A DNA stretch of 64,000 nt from Lepidodermella squamata (Eukaryota; Animalia; Gastrotricha), in NCBI GenBank assembly GCA_047495785.1, contig JBLDXI010000019.1, forward strand, positions 1,054,001 through 1,118,000, in the 5' to 3' direction. Below, one piece after another: positions 61,001 to 64,000 of this stretch (its first letter is position 1; every line of letters begins with the position of its first letter). The translations under genes and the position numbers were made by a program. Under the pieces are notes generated by a model, which did no database searches, was not told the DNA's origin, and saw nothing but the letters and a program-made list of their open reading frames with translations.

Positions 61001-63903
61001 ATGCATTTGGGTGCATTTTTGCTTTTACTGGCGAGTATTTCGAATTTTTGCCCGCCCATCATAGCCGGAAAATGGCTTGACAACTTCGTTTCTTACTACG
61101 AAGTCACCAATAACCATGAATATATGTCGCGGTCTAAGCGTTCAGCTAGTCTGGACGTCGAGGATTCAATAGTCTACCCTGTTCGAGCTTTCAATAGGTA
61201 TGCTTGATTTAGTCAAGATGAATTATGGAAATTTATTTATGATTTTTTCAGAACCTTTGTGCTGTTGCTTCACCAGGACCATTCTATTTTTTCTACCGAA
61301 CACGAAGTTGAGTCTGGCGGAAAAATCTACAAAGTGAAGTCGCCAATCCTAGTCACGGGCCATGTTCAAGGAGCGCTGGACTCCCACGTTCATGGCAGTT
61401 TGATAAATGACAGGTTCGAAGGCGAAATCGTCATCGGGCCAGAAACCTTCATGGTGGAAAATGCTGAAAAATTCTTGGAGCCGAACAGCGGCAAGAAAAC
61501 ATCCGTAGTTTACCGCGCCTCTGATATTTCTATGAATGCTCACAAGTCTGACAACTTCCTTAACCGGCGAAAACGGTCGGCTGATGACGACAAAGACCGC
61601 GAATACTCAATATGCGGCTGGTCTCACGATCACATCAGAAGTAGTATGGCCGATCACCAACATTCCGCTTTGCATAGTGGACATGATCACGATTATCATA
61701 ACCATAAAGCGGAAGGAGAGTCGATTTACTCCAAAGCCGCTAATATGCCGCATAAAATTGCGAAAAGAGCGGCTATCAATTCGGAAACTCGCCAACCCGG
61801 CTTGTTATCTGAATCTTCTCTGCTCAATAAGCCGAAAGTATGCGGCCTCTTCATGCAAGTGGACCATTTGCTGTACGACAAATACTACAAACAAGCTAAT
61901 TCTGACGTTAGTATTTTTAAATATTGTTTTAAGGAGGATTTTTAATTTCTGTCATTTTCAGCATGACGCTGTAGCAAATATAATCGCTTATCTTGGCTTC
62001 GTTGCTCAAAAAGCCAATTATATCTACAACTCGACAGAATTCCACACCCGAGACGGCAGTGTTGGACCATACCGAAATATTCATATAACAATCATGCGGA
62101 CTAAGGTATGGCAATCAAATTTTTTACTTGAACCGTCAACAAAATATTAATTTTTCAGATCTATAAAACCGAGTCTGAATTCGCGCAAGCTTTCGATCTG
62201 CGACCAAATGAAGTTATCACTAATCTCGATGCAACCAATTTTCTCAATTTGATATCCCGGGCGAATAATGATAAATACTGCGCAGCTTACGTTTTCACCC
62301 TACGCGATTTTTCGAGCGGTATTCTCGGCCTGGCCTGGATTGGCTATCCCGACGCTGTGCAAAGAGGTGGTGTTTGTGATCAGTACGGCGCTACGAGAAC
62401 CGGCCGGCAGTCTTTGAACACTGGCATAGTCACCTTGTTGAACTACGGCCAGCAGGTGAACCGGCTTGTTTCTGCGATTACTTTCGCCCATGAATTGGGT
62501 CACAATTTCGGCGCACAGCACGATAATACGCCCCTGGAACCCGGCCGTGAGCCGGATCCAACGTGTTTCCCTGGTGGCGATGAGGGCAATTACATTATGT
62601 ATTCCTCTGCCACTTCTGGTTTGAAGGTGAATAACGAGAAATTCTCGGAATGCAGTCGCGACTCCATCACGCGGAATATCAATGCGATTTTCAAGAATCA
62701 AGTCTCGAAAACGAACTGTTTCCGCGATTCTGACCAACCTTTCTGTGGCAACTCAGTTGTCGATCCGGGTGAAGAGTGCGATTGCGGTTTCAAGGACGAT
62801 TGTGGCCTTGACTCGAACTGCTGCGGGGCTGCCGATGAGCCTCAGAATAGGTGTCGCTTCAAAAAAGTAGCGGCTACTAGCAAGCGAGCCCAATGCAGCT
62901 TGAGTAACGGCGTTTGTTGTGACGTCGATACTTGCGAGTTTATTCCAAGGTCCAGAAGCTATGTTTGCAGGCTTTCAGATGAATGCAACAAGGATGCCGT
63001 GTGCAAGTAAGTAGAGAAAATTTCTATTAAGATGGGCTTCTAATGCATTTGTTTTATTTCAGTGGGGCTAGTGCTCAATGTCCTCGAGGAGTGCCAGAAC
63101 CGGACGGAAAATTGTGTGCAAACCGGACCAAAATCTGTCAATCAGGCGATTGCAGTATATCGAGCTGTGAAATCATTGCCGAAGGCCAATCAACCGGTAG
63201 CAACAAGGGTCCCAAATTCTTCGGCTGTCAATCTGAACGTCCAGCTCATCAGACCAAATACAACAGATCTGAGCTGTGCTATCTTTCATGCAAATCTCCA
63301 TCGACGGGAAAGTGCTATAATTCTATCAATTTGAACTCGCCCGATTTCGACCCGGATTTCTTGAGGTTCCTGCAAGATCACAGCAATAACCAGCCGATTC
63401 AATTGCTGGCCGGTTCGCCGTGTGATAACGACCGTGGCTATTGCGATGTCTTCCACCGATGCCGCCCTGTTAACGCGGATGGTCCGCTTGCGAGATTGAA
63501 AGACATGCTATTCTCCGAGCAAACTATCAGCACTCTTCGGTCGTGGGTTGAAAAGTACTGGTGGGCAGTTGCGTTGATCGGTGTTGGTATTATTGCGTTT
63601 ATGATTGCTTTCGTGAAAATTTGCTCCGTCCACACGCCGTCTGACAATCGCAATCTCCCGCCAGCGAGATCCATCGCTGATACCCTGCGTCGAACTTCGA
63701 TGAAACCAATCGTCTATTTGGTGAATCGAGGCGGTCCTGCGCACGGCCGCGGGCCCGGGCACCGGAGGATGGCGCCCGGTCACCTCGAGGGCGACTTAGT
63801 GCGTCCTCACCGGGCCAGCCAGCCTTCCGCCCCGCCCCTGCCCGCCAATGTTCAAGTCTCTCGGTCTAGTCGGCCTCCAACTTATCAAGAAACGTTCGCT
63901 TAA
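61001..63903 (+). CDS. ADAM10: ADAM10/Kuzbanian metalloprotease
   Basis: Signal peptide, prodomain, HELGHNFGAQH, Met-turn GNYIMY, disintegrin CGNSVVDPGEECDCG, GYCDVFHRCRPVNADGPLARLK, TM segment, CSVHTPS. Confidence 0.95.
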
Positions 63904-64000
63904 TATAGCAATCTTTATTGTAGTCTTCTTCTATTTCTTTCAACGCGTTGTACATTACGATATACCATAATTTATACTGTTATACCATCGTTTCTTATTG

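Overview
Gene-dense eukaryotic DNA from a small invertebrate with a compact genome (taxon not determinable from this window). It has GT-AG introns mostly of 45-60 nt, about 31 protein genes in 64 kb, and long co-oriented gene runs with 80-450 nt spacers and apparently unpaired 3' splice acceptors just before many ATGs, suggesting operons resolved by trans-splicing. Main results, which the ORF track misses or fragments: (1) a tandem array of four MIEN1/SelW2-type (Rdx family) selenoprotein genes at 54.7-57.3 kb, each with an in-frame UGA in a CxxU motif and its own SECIS; the outer two have different CaaX boxes and the inner two have none. (2) A chimeric gene made of an internally deleted clathrin heavy-chain leg fused to a SAM-like domain about 60% identical to the C-terminus of the adjacent ARM-TIR-SAM gene; a second ARM-TIR-SAM gene lies at 27-29.6 kb. 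(3) A stand-alone INO80 N-terminus with no ATPase. Also present: AtuA-like and AtuD-like mitochondrial enzymes, a signal-peptide ankyrin protein, an OSBP with a degenerate signature, an orphan secreted repeat protein, a Cys-loop channel, and housekeeping genes (FNTB, MRPL9, UXT, KYNU, mitoferrin, STAG, HHAT, CFAP298, SNRPE, NUP54, TMCO4, ADAM10). All family assignments come from motif recognition by eye; no searches were run.
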